Assembly (NCBI GenBank): GCA_963845755.1
Contig: CAWJTV010000043.1
Coordinates: 1 to 64,000 of the forward strand
Length of the DNA stretch: 64,000 nucleotides
Source: an uncultured Planctomycetota bacterium
Lineage (GTDB): Bacteria > Planctomycetota > Planctomycetia > Isosphaerales > Isosphaeraceae
Reading direction: 5' to 3'
Shown: one piece after another, positions 12,323 through 23,781 of the stretch
How the letters are laid out: the number at the start of each line of letters is the position of its first letter
Numbering within the stretch: position 1 is the stretch's first letter
Translations under genes and position numbers: made by a program
The notes under the pieces: model-generated
The model's input: only the letters and a program-made list of their open reading frames with translations
The model's database searches: none
Told to the model about the DNA's origin: nothing

Positions 12323-13051
12323 ATGACTCCGAGCATCCTCCTGTGGTTCTGCCTGGGCGTCACAGTCCAAGCACCCGGCGGAGACAACTCGCCGAATGTC
12401 GAGAAGCCTCGGCCGGAGACTAGCTGGAAACCCATGAGTCGTGATGACAGCCTCTGGTTCGATCCCAAGGGGAATCGCGTCATCCTCCGTGCGCGGGTAG
12501 TGCTTCGCGAAGGTGCGCTGGAACACCTGATGTGCTTGAAGGGGACCAAGGAACACGAGGCGATCGTGGCGACATCGGCTGCACCGCGGGCGATCCACAC
12601 CGCGTTGCTCCTGACCGGCGCCGAGGTAGGACATCCGGTCCAGTTCGTCCCCAAGTTCGCGCCGCCCGCCGGGACGGCGATCGCCATCGAGATCCACTGG
12701 TATCAGGATGGCAAACTCAAGAAGTCGGACGCGAGGGAATGGGTCTGGGACGAGAAGGCCAAGGCTCCCCTCAAGAAAGATTGGGTCTTTGCCGGGAGCA
12801 TCCTGTACGAAGATCGGGTGACCAAGAAGCCTGCTTATGCGGCCGATGACGGCGACTTGATTGTGGTGTCCAATTTCGCCACCGCGATCCTCGACCTACC
12901 CATTGCCAGCACCGCCGACGATGCCGCCCGGGGATTCTCCACCAACACCGCCAAGATTCCTCCAGTAGGCACCGAGGTCTTCGTCTTCCTAACCCCGCGC
13001 AACCCCAAGTCCGCGGCGAAATCCCGCAAGGACGCGAAGCCCGGACCCTGA
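12323..13051 (+). CDS. YdjY-like domain secreted protein
   Basis: Signal peptide; LEHLMC..GTKEHE, WVFAGS, GDLIVVSNF motifs. Confidence 0.7.
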   Translation: MTPSILLWFCLGVTVQAPGGDNSPNVEKPRPETSWKPMSRDDSLWFDPKGNRVILRARVVLREGALEHLMCLKGTKEHEAIVATSAAPRAIHTALLLTGAEVGHPVQFVPKFAPPAGTAIAIEIHWYQDGKLKKSDAREWVWDEKAKAPLKKDWVFAGSILYEDRVTKKPAYAADDGDLIVVSNFATAILDLPIASTADDAARGFSTNTAKIPPVGTEVFVFLTPRNPKSAAKSRKDAKPGP

Positions 13052-13230
13052 GCGATCAATGACGTGTACCAGCCCGCATCACGCTTCGGTCGCAAACACT
13101 GTGACTCGAGCAAACGGGTAGGACCGCACTCGAAATGTGCACGAAAGCCGCGGCGAATGTGCAGGAAACCTACCGGCTTTCGAATCGATCCGTGCGAGGA
13201 GGCGCGGTGGCCGAGTTCAACGGCTTCGGC

Positions 13231-13452
13231 TCAATCCACGCGCAGTGCGCACCAGATTCCGCTCGGATGATACTGCGCATCCGCCGGTCGGAGTTCCAGA
13301 TTCTCCCACTCCTCCACGGTCCAGACCATCAACCTGACTCGGAAGCCATTGATCCGCCAGAACACGGCCGCGGACTCGGAGCTCCGATTGAGAACGAGGC
13401 GTAAGTCGCCGCGACTCATCGTAAACCCACAGGCCTGGATTGGTATTCCCAT
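13231..13452 (-). CDS. Small hypothetical protein
   Basis: 73 aa ORF with protein-like composition (FWRINGFRVRLMVWTVEEW...HPSGIWCALRVD). Confidence 0.5.
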   Translation of the reverse strand: MGIPIQACGFTMSRGDLRLVLNRSSESAAVFWRINGFRVRLMVWTVEEWENLELRPADAQYHPSGIWCALRVD

Positions 13453-13876
13453 CTCCCATCACTCCTTATCTCAACGATGCTTTGATCGAGATCCTCCTCG
13501 GCTTCCATCAAGATCCTCGATGTTTGCGTGGAATCTCCCGTCCGTGATACCTAGACGTGACGGTCCACGAGTCGTCGATCGCTTTACTCCCCCATCATTG
13601 CTTTAAAACGCGAAGTGGTCAAGGTCGACTTGGAAACATAGGGAATGTAAGGAGGCTAAGTCGCCTTAGCCCGATCACTTTTTTACTTAAAAAAGCACGA
13701 CACCTGGGGTTAGGCGTCAACGGAGGTCGGGCCGTTGTTGCATTTCCGCGACGACGAGACCATGTCGCACGCGAAGAATCTTGGGAGCGTTCCGGAAACT
13801 TGAAACGCGGGAACCGGCCGAGCCAGTATGCAAAGGCGACGGCCCTCGATCCTCAGGGCAATGAGAGGTATGTTCC

Positions 13877-14794
13877 GTGATGCTCGACAAAGATCCATTG
13901 ATTATAACTGATAATTTGTCAAAGACTTACAGACGAGTGACGGCACTGGAATCTCTGTCGCTCGCAATCTGGAAACGAGAGGTCTTCGGATTGCTGGGGC
14001 CGAACGGTTCCGGTAAGACGACCACACTTCGGCTGCTGCTGGGTCTTCTCAGGCCGACGGCGGGCCGCGCGATGGTGGGTGGTTTCGATTGCTGGCGTCA
14101 GAGTCTCGATGTTCGCAACCAGGTCTCCTATCTTCAGGGCGAACTGCGGCTCTATGGGTCGCTGACGGGCCTGGGTACGCTCGAATTACTCTGCGGGCTT
14201 CGTGACTCGGTGGGATTGGATCGGGCCGTCGCGATCGCCGAGCGGATCATGAAGCTCGACCTGAAGCGGCGCGTCCGCACCTATTCGACCGGCATGAAGC
14301 AGAAGCTCGCCTTGGCCCAGGTTTTCGCCGACCCCGTCAACATCTTGATCCTGGACGAGCCGACTTCGGCCCTGGATCCTTCCGCGCGGGGTATCGTGCT
14401 GGGCCTGGTCGAAGAGGCACGACGGCAGGGCCAGACGGTACTCTTCTCCGGTCATGTGCTGGCGGAAGTGGAGCAGGTCGCCGATCGAGTCGCGATCATG
14501 CGCAAGGGACGGCTGATGCATGTGGAGGACATGAAGGCCCGACGCAGCCTTCGGATGGTCATGGTTCGTTACGTCGCTGGGACCGCGCCGGTGCCGCCTG
14601 AGGAACTGGAACTGACCGAGCGGGAAAAGAACGGCGACACGCGGTTGCTCGAGCATCGCGGCGAGCTCGCCCCCCTGCTCCGCTGGCTCGGCTCGGTGCC
14701 GGTCGACAGCGTCGCAATCGGCACGGAAGACCTCCGGAGCCTCTACGATCAGTTTCATGGACCGAACGTCCCCGATGAGGAGGACCTGGCATGA
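13877..14794 (+). CDS. ABC transporter ATP-binding protein (export type)
   Basis: Walker A GPNGSGKTT, signature YSTGMKQ, Walker B ILILDEP. Confidence 0.95.
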   Translation: MMLDKDPLIITDNLSKTYRRVTALESLSLAIWKREVFGLLGPNGSGKTTTLRLLLGLLRPTAGRAMVGGFDCWRQSLDVRNQVSYLQGELRLYGSLTGLGTLELLCGLRDSVGLDRAVAIAERIMKLDLKRRVRTYSTGMKQKLALAQVFADPVNILILDEPTSALDPSARGIVLGLVEEARRQGQTVLFSGHVLAEVEQVADRVAIMRKGRLMHVEDMKARRSLRMVMVRYVAGTAPVPPEELELTEREKNGDTRLLEHRGELAPLLRWLGSVPVDSVAIGTEDLRSLYDQFHGPNVPDEEDLA

Positions 14795-15627
14795 CGCCGT
14801 TCTTGTGGCTCGCACGCAAACACCTTCACGAGTCGCGATGGACCCTGGGCGTCTCAGCCGCGGTCTTGTTCGGACTGGGCTGGCTCTCGGTCTTTACGAC
14901 ATCACTGAATGAAGCCGAGATCCTGCGGCTGCTGAACTCGGACGAGGGAGGCGGCCGCATCCAGTGGATGAGGAACCTGGGCGTAATGGAGGAGCCGACC
15001 TCCGCGTCGATCATGATGGCATTCTGGAATCATCCGTTCTTCCTGATACTGATCTCGATCTGGTCGATCGGTCGGGGCTCGGCGGCCGTCGCCGCGGAGA
15101 TCGAGCGCGGGACGATGGACCTGCTCTTGTCCCGACCGATCTCGCGTATCGGCTACATGCTATCGCAGCTCCTGGTGGCGATCGGGGGCATGGTCGTCCT
15201 GTCACTGGCCCTGGCCGCCGGCGCCTCCCTGGCGGTTCGCTACAACGTGCTGCGCGAGCCGCCGGGATTCTGGATGCTGCTTCAACCCGCCATCAATCTC
15301 GGGGCGCTCGGACTCCCCATCTATGGCTATACCCTGCTGGTCGCATCGATCGACCACGTACGATGGCGACCATCCTGGGTGGGATCGACGCTGACCCTCG
15401 CGGGTTTCATCGCCTACGTGATTGCGATGATTCCGGTGTTCCGCAACATGTGGTGGAGGCCATGGTTGGAGCGTGTCTCGCTCTTCAAGGCGTACAATCC
15501 CGTCGAACTGGTGATCAAGGGCGAAAGCCTCAGTTTCAACCTGGCGATCCTGGGGGGCATCGGGATATCCTGCATCCTAGTGGCGATCGTTGCCTTCGCC
15601 CTGCGCGACCTGCCGGCCAACGGCTGA
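14791..15627 (+). CDS. ABC-2 type transporter permease
   Basis: Multiple TM segments, EIERGTMDLLLSRPISR motif, 4-bp overlap with the ATPase gene. Confidence 0.9.
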   Translation: MTPFLWLARKHLHESRWTLGVSAAVLFGLGWLSVFTTSLNEAEILRLLNSDEGGGRIQWMRNLGVMEEPTSASIMMAFWNHPFFLILISIWSIGRGSAAVAAEIERGTMDLLLSRPISRIGYMLSQLLVAIGGMVVLSLALAAGASLAVRYNVLREPPGFWMLLQPAINLGALGLPIYGYTLLVASIDHVRWRPSWVGSTLTLAGFIAYVIAMIPVFRNMWWRPWLERVSLFKAYNPVELVIKGESLSFNLAILGGIGISCILVAIVAFALRDLPANG

Positions 15628-15694
15628 CGGTGGCCGAATCAGCCGGGAACGAAGAAAGTACGTTGATCGCAGGTATCGAAATGCCGCCTGGGAT

Positions 15695-17582
15695 TCAACG
15701 ATCGAACTCGCGGATGGCGTCGCGGAAGGTTGCCAGTAATGACTGGCATGCCGGATCCCGACTGCGGTCGTGGGATTCTTCCGGATCGGACGCGAGGTCG
15801 TAGAGTTCCTCGCGCCCGTCTCCCAGGCAGATGTAGACCTTTTCGCCGTCGGCCAGGGCTCGTGACGGACGCGATCCCGCCAGCGACTTGCCCTCGTCAT
15901 CGACGATCTCGGTCAGCACGGGATCGTGCGGTTGGCTCGACGAGTCGGGACGGACGAGCCAGGTCCCGGCGAGGGAATGTCCGGGGAATGGAGAGTTCTT
16001 CGTCAGTCCGGCGATGTTGACGATGGTCGCGGGCAGATTGCGAAGAGTCACGGGTCTGGCCACGATCCGATCCTCGGGTACGCGTCCGGGGGCGACGATC
16101 AGGAGCGGCACGCGAACGACCTCGCTGTAGAGACGCTGGCCGTGGCCGAAGCCCCCGTGCTCACCGAATTCTTCGCCGTGGTCGGCCGTCAGGACGATCA
16201 GCGTATTCTCCAGCAAACCCTTGGAGTCGAGTGCGTCGTACAGGTGGCCGAGCTGCTCGTCCAGATCAGCGATGCAGTCGTCATAGCAATCGCGTCCCAG
16301 CTCGACCATCCTCGGCTCCAACCGATTCCTACTAAGCCGATGCCAGTCGCGCAGGACCTCCGACTCGCGTGCGTTAGATGGCGTCAGGCCGAAGTGCCGG
16401 GCCGATCCCTCTGATGAGAAATAGGGGTCGTGCGCGTCGTAGTAATTCAAGAATGCGAAGAAGGGATGCCCCGGCCGCCGTCGGTCGAGCCAGTCCAGGA
16501 ACTCGCCATTGATCGTCGAGCCGTCCTTGCGGTCGAAGTACGCCGTCGGACGATCTCGGTGATAGGGGGCGATTTTCCTCGCGAGGGCGCGCCCCAGGTT
16601 CGAGGTCCGTAGGATCTCGACCGGATTCAACGCGACATCCTCGTAATGGAGGAATCCTCGCGAAAGGCCGAACCACCGACTGCAAAAGAACGTGTTCGCG
16701 ACGAATCCTGCCGTCTCATACCCGTGGTCGCCGAGGTATTCCGCGAGTGTGGGATAGGTCTCATCAAGCGGCCGGTCGAGCCGTGTCGAAAGCTCGTGGG
16801 CCCAGCGTCCTGTGAACATGCTCGCGTGAGAGGGGAGCGTCCAGGCGGCCGCCGCCCTTGCTCGATCGAATCGGACGCCGCGCCGTGCGAGTCGGCTCAA
16901 GAACGGCGAGGTCTCACGCTCATAGCCGTAGAGCCCTAGGCTCTTCGCTCGAACCGTGTCGAGCACGATGAACAGGACGTTCGGCGCACCAGCCGGCGCC
17001 AACGGTAACCGTCGTTCACTCACCCGCTCGCGGGATGGGCCGATGGCATAGAAGGTCGCCACCAGGCCGATCATCACCGGAATGCTGCAGAAGATGGGAC
17101 GTCGCACGCCCGACGACCGGAACAGAAGCCATCCTGTGAACCTAAGCGCGATCCCACCCGCCAGGACCGCCTGGGCGATCGAGCTCAGGCCTCGATACGT
17201 GAAAAGTAATGCGAAAGCCGACAGAAAACAAAGGCCATAGAGCCCCGCGACGACCACCCAGCGCGCGGATGAGCCGGGCGACCAGGGCCAGGATCAACCC
17301 GCACGTTGCGAAGACCATGGTATGGGAAAGTGGAACCATCCAGAGTGCATGCTGGTTTAATTGCAGTGCGCTCAATGCTGTTCGGTCAACGAACCGCCAA
17401 CGCAGGTCGAAGACGACCAGCTCGATGAATCCCGTGGACAGACCCAGCCAGATGGCCAGCAAAAGCAGGGTCGTCGGCCGAAAAGTCGCGGCGGCGTCCC
17501 TGAGTGTGGACAGGCCGACTCGCCGCGTCTTGACTCTCTGCCGGATCCGTCGGGTTCGAAGCCCCGTCGCCGCCTGGGGCAT
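15695..17582 (-). CDS. Membrane-anchored sulfatase (Ser/Thr-type); frameshift near 17255
   Basis: PNVLFIVLDTVRA, WTLPSHASMFTG, NYYDAHDPY, TADHGEEFGEHG, ELYDLASDPEE; N-terminal TM helices in ORF 17142-17648. Confidence 0.88.
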
Positions 17583-17669
17583 GGTACCATCCTCCTGACT
17601 GGAAAGGCGTCGCTCCGCGAGCCTTCTGCATCGATCATCCCGGGCCATTGTCTGCTCGGCGGGTCGTCC

Positions 17670-17900
17670 TCACGATTGGATCGTGCGATTCAGTTCCTTC
17701 TCCGGAACCTGGAAATGAGGCGAATGGACGTGCCGTGCCGCCCGTCGTTTCCGGAGGATGGTCTGAAAACCCCGGACCGCGAACCGAATTGAGCTTCTCT
17801 TAACCATGAGCGCGCAACCGGCGATGGTTGCGAGAATGGAGGATAAAGGCAGGATCGTTTCCGGCGAAAAATAAGCGAATACGAGCAATGAGAGACTCAT
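17670..17900 (-). CDS. Small membrane hypothetical protein
   Basis: MSLSLLVFAYFSPETILPLSSILATIAG..., single hydrophobic segment with a basic tail; GGAG upstream. Confidence 0.55.
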   Translation of the reverse strand: MSLSLLVFAYFSPETILPLSSILATIAGCALMVKRSSIRFAVRGFQTILRKRRAARHVHSPHFQVPEKELNRTIQS

Positions 17901-18109
17901 GGAATCGATATCTCCTTCGGCCGAGGGAGGATGGAGAGAAGACGTCCGCACGGATCGATATCCCAGCCGGTAGGATGAACGCGCATCACATTCCAGCGGC
18001 ACCGGCGCAGTACGAACCGTAGCTGGCCCCAAACGAGCGGCCATTTCGACACAGATCATCGGCGGTAACAGAGTCACCCCCGCGAATGGATTGGCGGGAA
18101 GGTTGACGT

Positions 18110-18481
18110 TCAGCAGGCGAGACGGCAGAGCTCGTAAATCAAGGGTCGAACGCGGGGCACGAACGCAACCTCGCAGCTCGACTGCGCGATCGGAAAAGTC
18201 GCGGATTCCGCGGCTGTTTCGACGATCGCGAGGCCCGTCGGACCGGGGGCGACAAGGTGTCGAGATCTCTCCAGCCTCATGGATGATTGAATCAGTTCGC
18301 AGACATTGTCGGGAGAATCATCATCGAGAGGGAAAGCGGTCGGCTCGACGACTAACGGACATAGAATGCGGAGGGCCGAGGACGACGTGAGGTCGTGCAA
18401 GTCCGGAGTCACACCCTGGATCGCGATCGCGATCAAGAGAATCCGCCGACACGATGATGGAATAGACCGTCCTTGGCCCAT
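18110..18481 (-). CDS. Small exported hypothetical protein
   Basis: RRILLIAIAIQGVTPD hydrophobic N-terminus, C-terminal LCRLAC. Confidence 0.45.
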   Translation of the reverse strand: MGQGRSIPSSCRRILLIAIAIQGVTPDLHDLTSSSALRILCPLVVEPTAFPLDDDSPDNVCELIQSSMRLERSRHLVAPGPTGLAIVETAAESATFPIAQSSCEVAFVPRVRPLIYELCRLAC

Positions 18482-18926
18482 AAATTGACTCTCGAAGAAA
18501 TGGGACAGCTCTCGGCTCCTCAAAAACCGAACCGAGGGCTTCAGGATTATCGGCGCGGAAGGCCGCGCCAGTCCAGATTAACTAGCAGTTAATTCCGTAA
18601 AGAACTGTCAACACCGATGGTGACCCCTGTGCAGCCTTAGATCCTGCTCGCCGAGAACGCCCGGTACGAGGGGTCGCTCACCTCGAGACCGGCCGAACCA
18701 ACTTCGCGTTGCACGGATGGGGCGTGAACCGAGATGGTCGAAATGCAACGAAGGAATGTCGCGGCAGACGCGGAATACCGCACAGACGAAACCGTGGAAA
18801 ATCCGGACTTGACGCGTTAACTTGGAGCCTCTCGGGCGGATACGAACCTGTCCGACGTGACTGTGTCTCCTGAGTGGCGAAGTTCTTTGTTGATTCCGAT
18901 TGTGTAAGGTTACCGAGGTAGTACCG

Positions 18927-19733
18927 ATGGGCCAGCGCATCACCCAGGTTGACGCCTTCACCGATCGACGCTTCCGTGGGAATCCTGCGGCCGTGTGCGT
19001 CCTGAACGACCCCGTCGAGGACGGATGGATGCAAGACGTTGCCCTGGAAATGAACCTTTCCGAGACCGCATTCGTTCGCCCGATCGATGGCGAATCGCGG
19101 TTTAGACTACGCTGGTTCACTCCCAGGTCGGAGGTGGACCTCTGCGGACATGCCACCTTGGCGGCGGCTCATGTCCTCTGGGAGGACGGACTGCTTACCG
19201 GCGGACAGACTCCACGGTTCGAAACCCGGAGCGGCCTGCTGACCGCTCGACGCAGCCCGGATGGGATTGAGCTCGATTTTCCCTGTGAGCCGGTCGTCGC
19301 AGAACCGATCAGCGGCGAGGAATGGGCGGTCCTTCGCGCGGCTATCTCGTCGCCGATCCGGTTCGCCGGCCGAAACCGGATGGATCTCCTGGTCGAGCTC
19401 GATGGAGAAGAGGAAGTCCGGAAGCTCAGTCCCGATATCCGACTGCTGGAGCAGATCCCGGTCCGCGGAGTCATCGTCACCAGCCGGTCGGATTCGAACG
19501 ATTATGATCTCGTCTCCCGATTTTTCGCTCCCCGCGTTGGCGTCGACGAGGATCCGGTCTGCGGCTCGGCGCATTGTTGCCTGGGACCCTACTGGCACGA
19601 AAAGCTGGGCCGGTCTCGACTCACCGCTCACCAGGTCTCCCGCCGTGGTGGTATCGTGAAGATCCGCGTCGAAGGTGACCGCGTCACACTGATCGGCCAG
19701 GCGGTGACAGTCCTTCGCGGCGAGCTTGTGTGA
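18927..19733 (+). CDS. PhzF-family epimerase/isomerase
   Basis: QVDAFT..FRGNPAAVC, EMNLSETAF, EVDLCGHATLA, EDPVCGSAH. Confidence 0.93.
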   Translation: MGQRITQVDAFTDRRFRGNPAAVCVLNDPVEDGWMQDVALEMNLSETAFVRPIDGESRFRLRWFTPRSEVDLCGHATLAAAHVLWEDGLLTGGQTPRFETRSGLLTARRSPDGIELDFPCEPVVAEPISGEEWAVLRAAISSPIRFAGRNRMDLLVELDGEEEVRKLSPDIRLLEQIPVRGVIVTSRSDSNDYDLVSRFFAPRVGVDEDPVCGSAHCCLGPYWHEKLGRSRLTAHQVSRRGGIVKIRVEGDRVTLIGQAVTVLRGELV

Positions 19734-19977
19734 GCTCGATCATTTCCGGGACTTCCGATTGGGGCTTTCGAGATACGGATCCATTCCCGGAAACGGCGAC
19801 GGCATGAGCGACTCTCCTCTCGCAACTTGGACGAGGCTCTCGGACTGCGAAGAGGCTAGAACTCATTATATCGCCATCGGGGCGGATCGCCGAGCGGCTT
19901 TCCAACCAAGGGCCGAGGTAATACACTGGTCGTGTGGAAGTGTCGCTTGTGGTCCCAATTCGCGGAAGGTATCGTTC

Positions 19978-21550
19978 ATGGCGGTTGCTGTCCAGGAACC
20001 CAAGGCCGTAGTCCTCAGAGAGGACGACAATGTGGCCGTAGCGGCGCGGCCGATCCCACGCGGTTTCGTTCTTCACGTCGGCGAACGGACGGTCGAGGTC
20101 CGCGAACCGATCGGCCTGGGACACAAGGTTGCTTTGACCGCCATCGCCGCCGGTGAGCCTGTGCGCAAATATGGGCAGATCATCGGCTTTGCGTCGAAGG
20201 CCATTTCGCCCGGCGCGCACGTCCACGTCAATAATCTGAGCGCGGACCTGTTCGAGAGGGATTACGCATTTGCGACCGAGCGACCCGAGGTTCCACCGGC
20301 CGATCGGGTTCGCATGTTTCGGGGTTATCTCCGACCGGACGGCCGGGTCGGGACGCGGAATTACGTTGCCGTTATCAGTACGGTCAACTGCTCGGCAAGC
20401 ACGTCCCGATATGTCGCGGACCGATTCCGCGACGGCGTTTGGCGCAAGGATTTTCCGAACGTGGACGGAATCTTCGCCGTCACTCACAAGGGGGGATGCG
20501 GCCTGCCGTTCGAGGGACCGGACCATCAGATCCTCGAGCGCGTCCTGGCGGGATTCGCGCATCACCCCAACGTGGCGGCTTACGTCATCGTGGGGCTCGG
20601 ATGTGAAGTTGGCTACGCCCAGCACCTCGTCGATTCCCAGCATCTGGTAACGCTGAGTCTTCCGGGCACGAATGGGCCTGTCGCATCCCCGTCTCGGCCC
20701 CGAATGCTGAATATCCAGGAGGAAGGCGGGATCGCGCGGACGGTCGATGCTGCCGTGCGGGCGGTCTACGAACTGCTGCCGCAGGCCAACGCCTGGACGC
20801 GCACCGAACAGCCTGCTTCGAAGCTCTCGCTTGCGATGGAATGTGGCGGCTCGGACGGGAATTCCGGAGTGACGGCAAACCCCGCGCTGGGTGTGGCCGC
20901 CGACCTCGTGGTGTCCCAGGGAGGGACGGCGTTCCTCGGCGAAACGACCGAGATCTACGGAGCGGAACATCTCCTGACGCGCCGCGCCGTGTCGCGCGAG
21001 GTGGGTGAGAAGCTGGTCGAGCGCATCCGATGGTGGGAATGGTACACGGGCGTCTTCGGCGCCAGGATCGACAATAATCCTTCACCGGGCAACAAGGCCG
21101 GCGGCCTGACGACGATCTATGAAAAGTCGCTGGGGGCTCTGGCCAAGGCCGGCTCCACGGCGTTGGTCGATGTCGTGCCTTATGCCGCCCGGGTCGACAC
21201 GCCCGGCCTGGTGTTCATGGATACCCCCGGGTATGATCCCCCCTGCACCACCGGGCTGATCGCCGGAGGCGCCAACGTCCTGGTCTTCACTACGGGCCGG
21301 GGGAGCGTGCTCGGCTTGAAGCCCACCCCGTGCATCAAGCTGGCCACGAACAGCCCGATGTACGAGCGGATGATCGACGATATGGACCTCGACGCCGGCC
21401 CAATCCTGGAAGGCGAGACGGTCGAGAGCGTCGGCCGCCGACTCTTCGACATGATCCTCGACGTGGCGAGCGGCGTGCCCACCAAGAGCGAGCAGCAGGG
21501 TGTGGGTGAGGAGGAATTTGCCGCCTTGGACGATCGGACCGACGCTCTGA
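19978..21550 (+). CDS. uxaA: UxaA-family altronate/galactarate dehydratase with SAF domain; +1 frameshift near 21522 (true end EEEFAPWTIGPTL*)
   Basis: DNVAVA, GHKVAL, KYGQIIG, GTRNY, VNCS, ECGGSDG.SG.TANP, NNPSPGNKAGG, FTTGRGS. Confidence 0.88.
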
Positions 21551-21609
21551 GGCACACATTCGAGCGCGGAGCCGTGACGGCCGTAGCGAGTCGCCGTGCG
21601 GGCGTTTCC

Positions 21610-23693
21610 ATGCGCTGGCACTGGCCCGCGCTCGCGATCCTGACAGTCGCCGAACTGGCATGGCTGCTCTGGTGCCTGATCATCCCCCTGCCGAACGCCA
21701 ACAACGTTGATGTTCCCCGCGCGAGCCCATCCGTCGGGGATGGATCCTATTGAAGGCCATCCCGGAAGTTGTGCCGGATACCACATTTCGCCAGTCGTTG
21801 CTGGGCCGGGCCCTGTTGGAGTTAAGCCACGTCGAGAATCTCCCTCAGCGCGTGCCGATTGTGGCCGCGGCGGGCCTGATTGTCGCGGCGGCGATCGGGC
21901 TGGGCGACCTGGTACTCGTCGGACTCCGGCTAGCTGGGCGATTGAGATTGAGCGAGCGGCTGGCCCTCGATTACGGCCTGGGAGCGGCACTCCTCGGCTT
22001 CCTCACGCTGATCGCCGGTCGATTCGGCGGGCTCAGTCCTACCTCGTGCCGGATCGCCCTCGTGGCGATCGCAACCATCGGCTTCCTGGTCGCCCGACCA
22101 TGGCGCTTCGGCTGGCCGGAGATACCCCATCGACTCAGTGGATGGCTGCCCTGGCTGGTCATTGCGCCGTTCCTGCTCGCAATGTTCTTGGGATCGATGT
22201 TGCCGACGATCGACTTCGACGTCATGGAGTACCATCTCCAAGGACCGAAGGAGTATTTTCAGGCTGGCCGGATCAGCTTTCTGCCGCACAACGTCTACAC
22301 TTCGATGCCCTTCGGAGTGGAGATGCTGCACCTGCTCGGCATGGAGGTGCTGGACGACTGGTGGTGGGGGGCTCTGGCGGGCCAGCTCCTGGTCGCGGCA
22401 TTTGCACCGGCGGCGGCTGTCCTGATCGCGGCAACGGCGTCCCGAATCGGTTCTCCACGAGCAGCGTGGCTTGCCGCAGTCGTGTACTTGTCGACCCCCT
22501 GGATCTATCGTCTGGCCGTGATTGCCTACGTGGAAGGCCCGCTCTGCTTCTACCATGCTGCACTTATATGGGGATTAGTCCGGCCAGTCACGGATTCCTC
22601 GATCTCGCGGGTGCGGCTCTGGTGCCTGCTCGGCCTTCTGGCCGGCGGTGCCATGGCATGCAAGTATCCCGGGCTGGTCTCCGCAGTCATCCCCTTCGGA
22701 ATGCTGGCCCTGGTCGACGCCTGTCGGAGCAGGTCACCGGCCAAGCTCCTTGCTTTTTCGCTGGGCTGGGCCGTCGTGATTGGCCCATGGCTGGGCAAGA
22801 ACGTGATCGACACCGGGAACCCGGTCTATCCGCTGGGGTATGGTGTCTTCCACGGACGCTACTGGGACGATGCGATGCAACAGAAATGGCAGTCTGCGCA
22901 TAGCCCAAAACCGATTCCGATCCACGCACCGCGCCAGGTCGCCCGCGACTTGGCATACGACCTTGTCAACGTAGCCGGGAGATCGGACTGGCAGTCGCCC
23001 CTGTATGCGGCCCTCGCGCCGCTGGCGCTCTTGCGGCGTGGGTCGCGACGATTCGCCGCGGCACTCTGGGCCTACGTTGCCTATCTGTTCCTCACCTGGT
23101 GGCTCTTGACGCACCGGCTCGATCGGTTCTGGTTGCCGCTCTTGCCTCCGCTGGCCGTACTCGCCGGCCTCGGCGGCGACTGGATCCGGCATCGCGGCTG
23201 GTCGATCGTGCTCGGTTTGCTCCTGTCGGTTGTAGTCCTCACGAACCTGACTTACATTTCGACCGACCTGGCGGGCCTCAGTGAATGGACTCGCGACCTT
23301 GGCTTTCTCCGCAGCCATATTCCCAAGAGATTGAATCCGCCTCTGGTCGCCATGGACGCCGCTCTACCCGAGGATGCCAGGATCCTCCTCGTTGGCCAGG
23401 CCGCCGTCTTCTACGTAAATCACCCCGTGGTCTACAATACGGTATTCAATAAGGAAACCATCGAAACCCTGGCCAGTGGGAAGGATTCCGAAGGACTCCG
23501 AAGAGCGCTCCACGAGCTGCACCTGACCCACATCTATGTCGATTGGTTCGAAATCCAGCGGCACCGTAAACCCGGCGGCTATGGCTTCACGAACTTCGTG
23601 ACGCCGGAACGCTTCGCGCGCTGGGTACAGGACGGCGTCCTCGAACAAGAGAGACACTTCGGGGAGAACCAAGAACTCTACCGGATCCGATGA
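21610..23693 (+). CDS. Polytopic membrane protein, GT-C/ArnT-like glycosyltransferase candidate; frameshift near 21735
   Basis: More than 10 TM segments, DFDVMEYHL, KYPG, TGNPVYP, DRFWLP motifs. Confidence 0.7.
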
Positions 23694-23781
23694 ACCTGGA
23701 ATCGAGTTTTCTCAAACCCCGGATTCTCCGGGTGCGAATTGTCGTGATGCGAGGGAACGTGACGGATCAGGAGTCGCGAGC

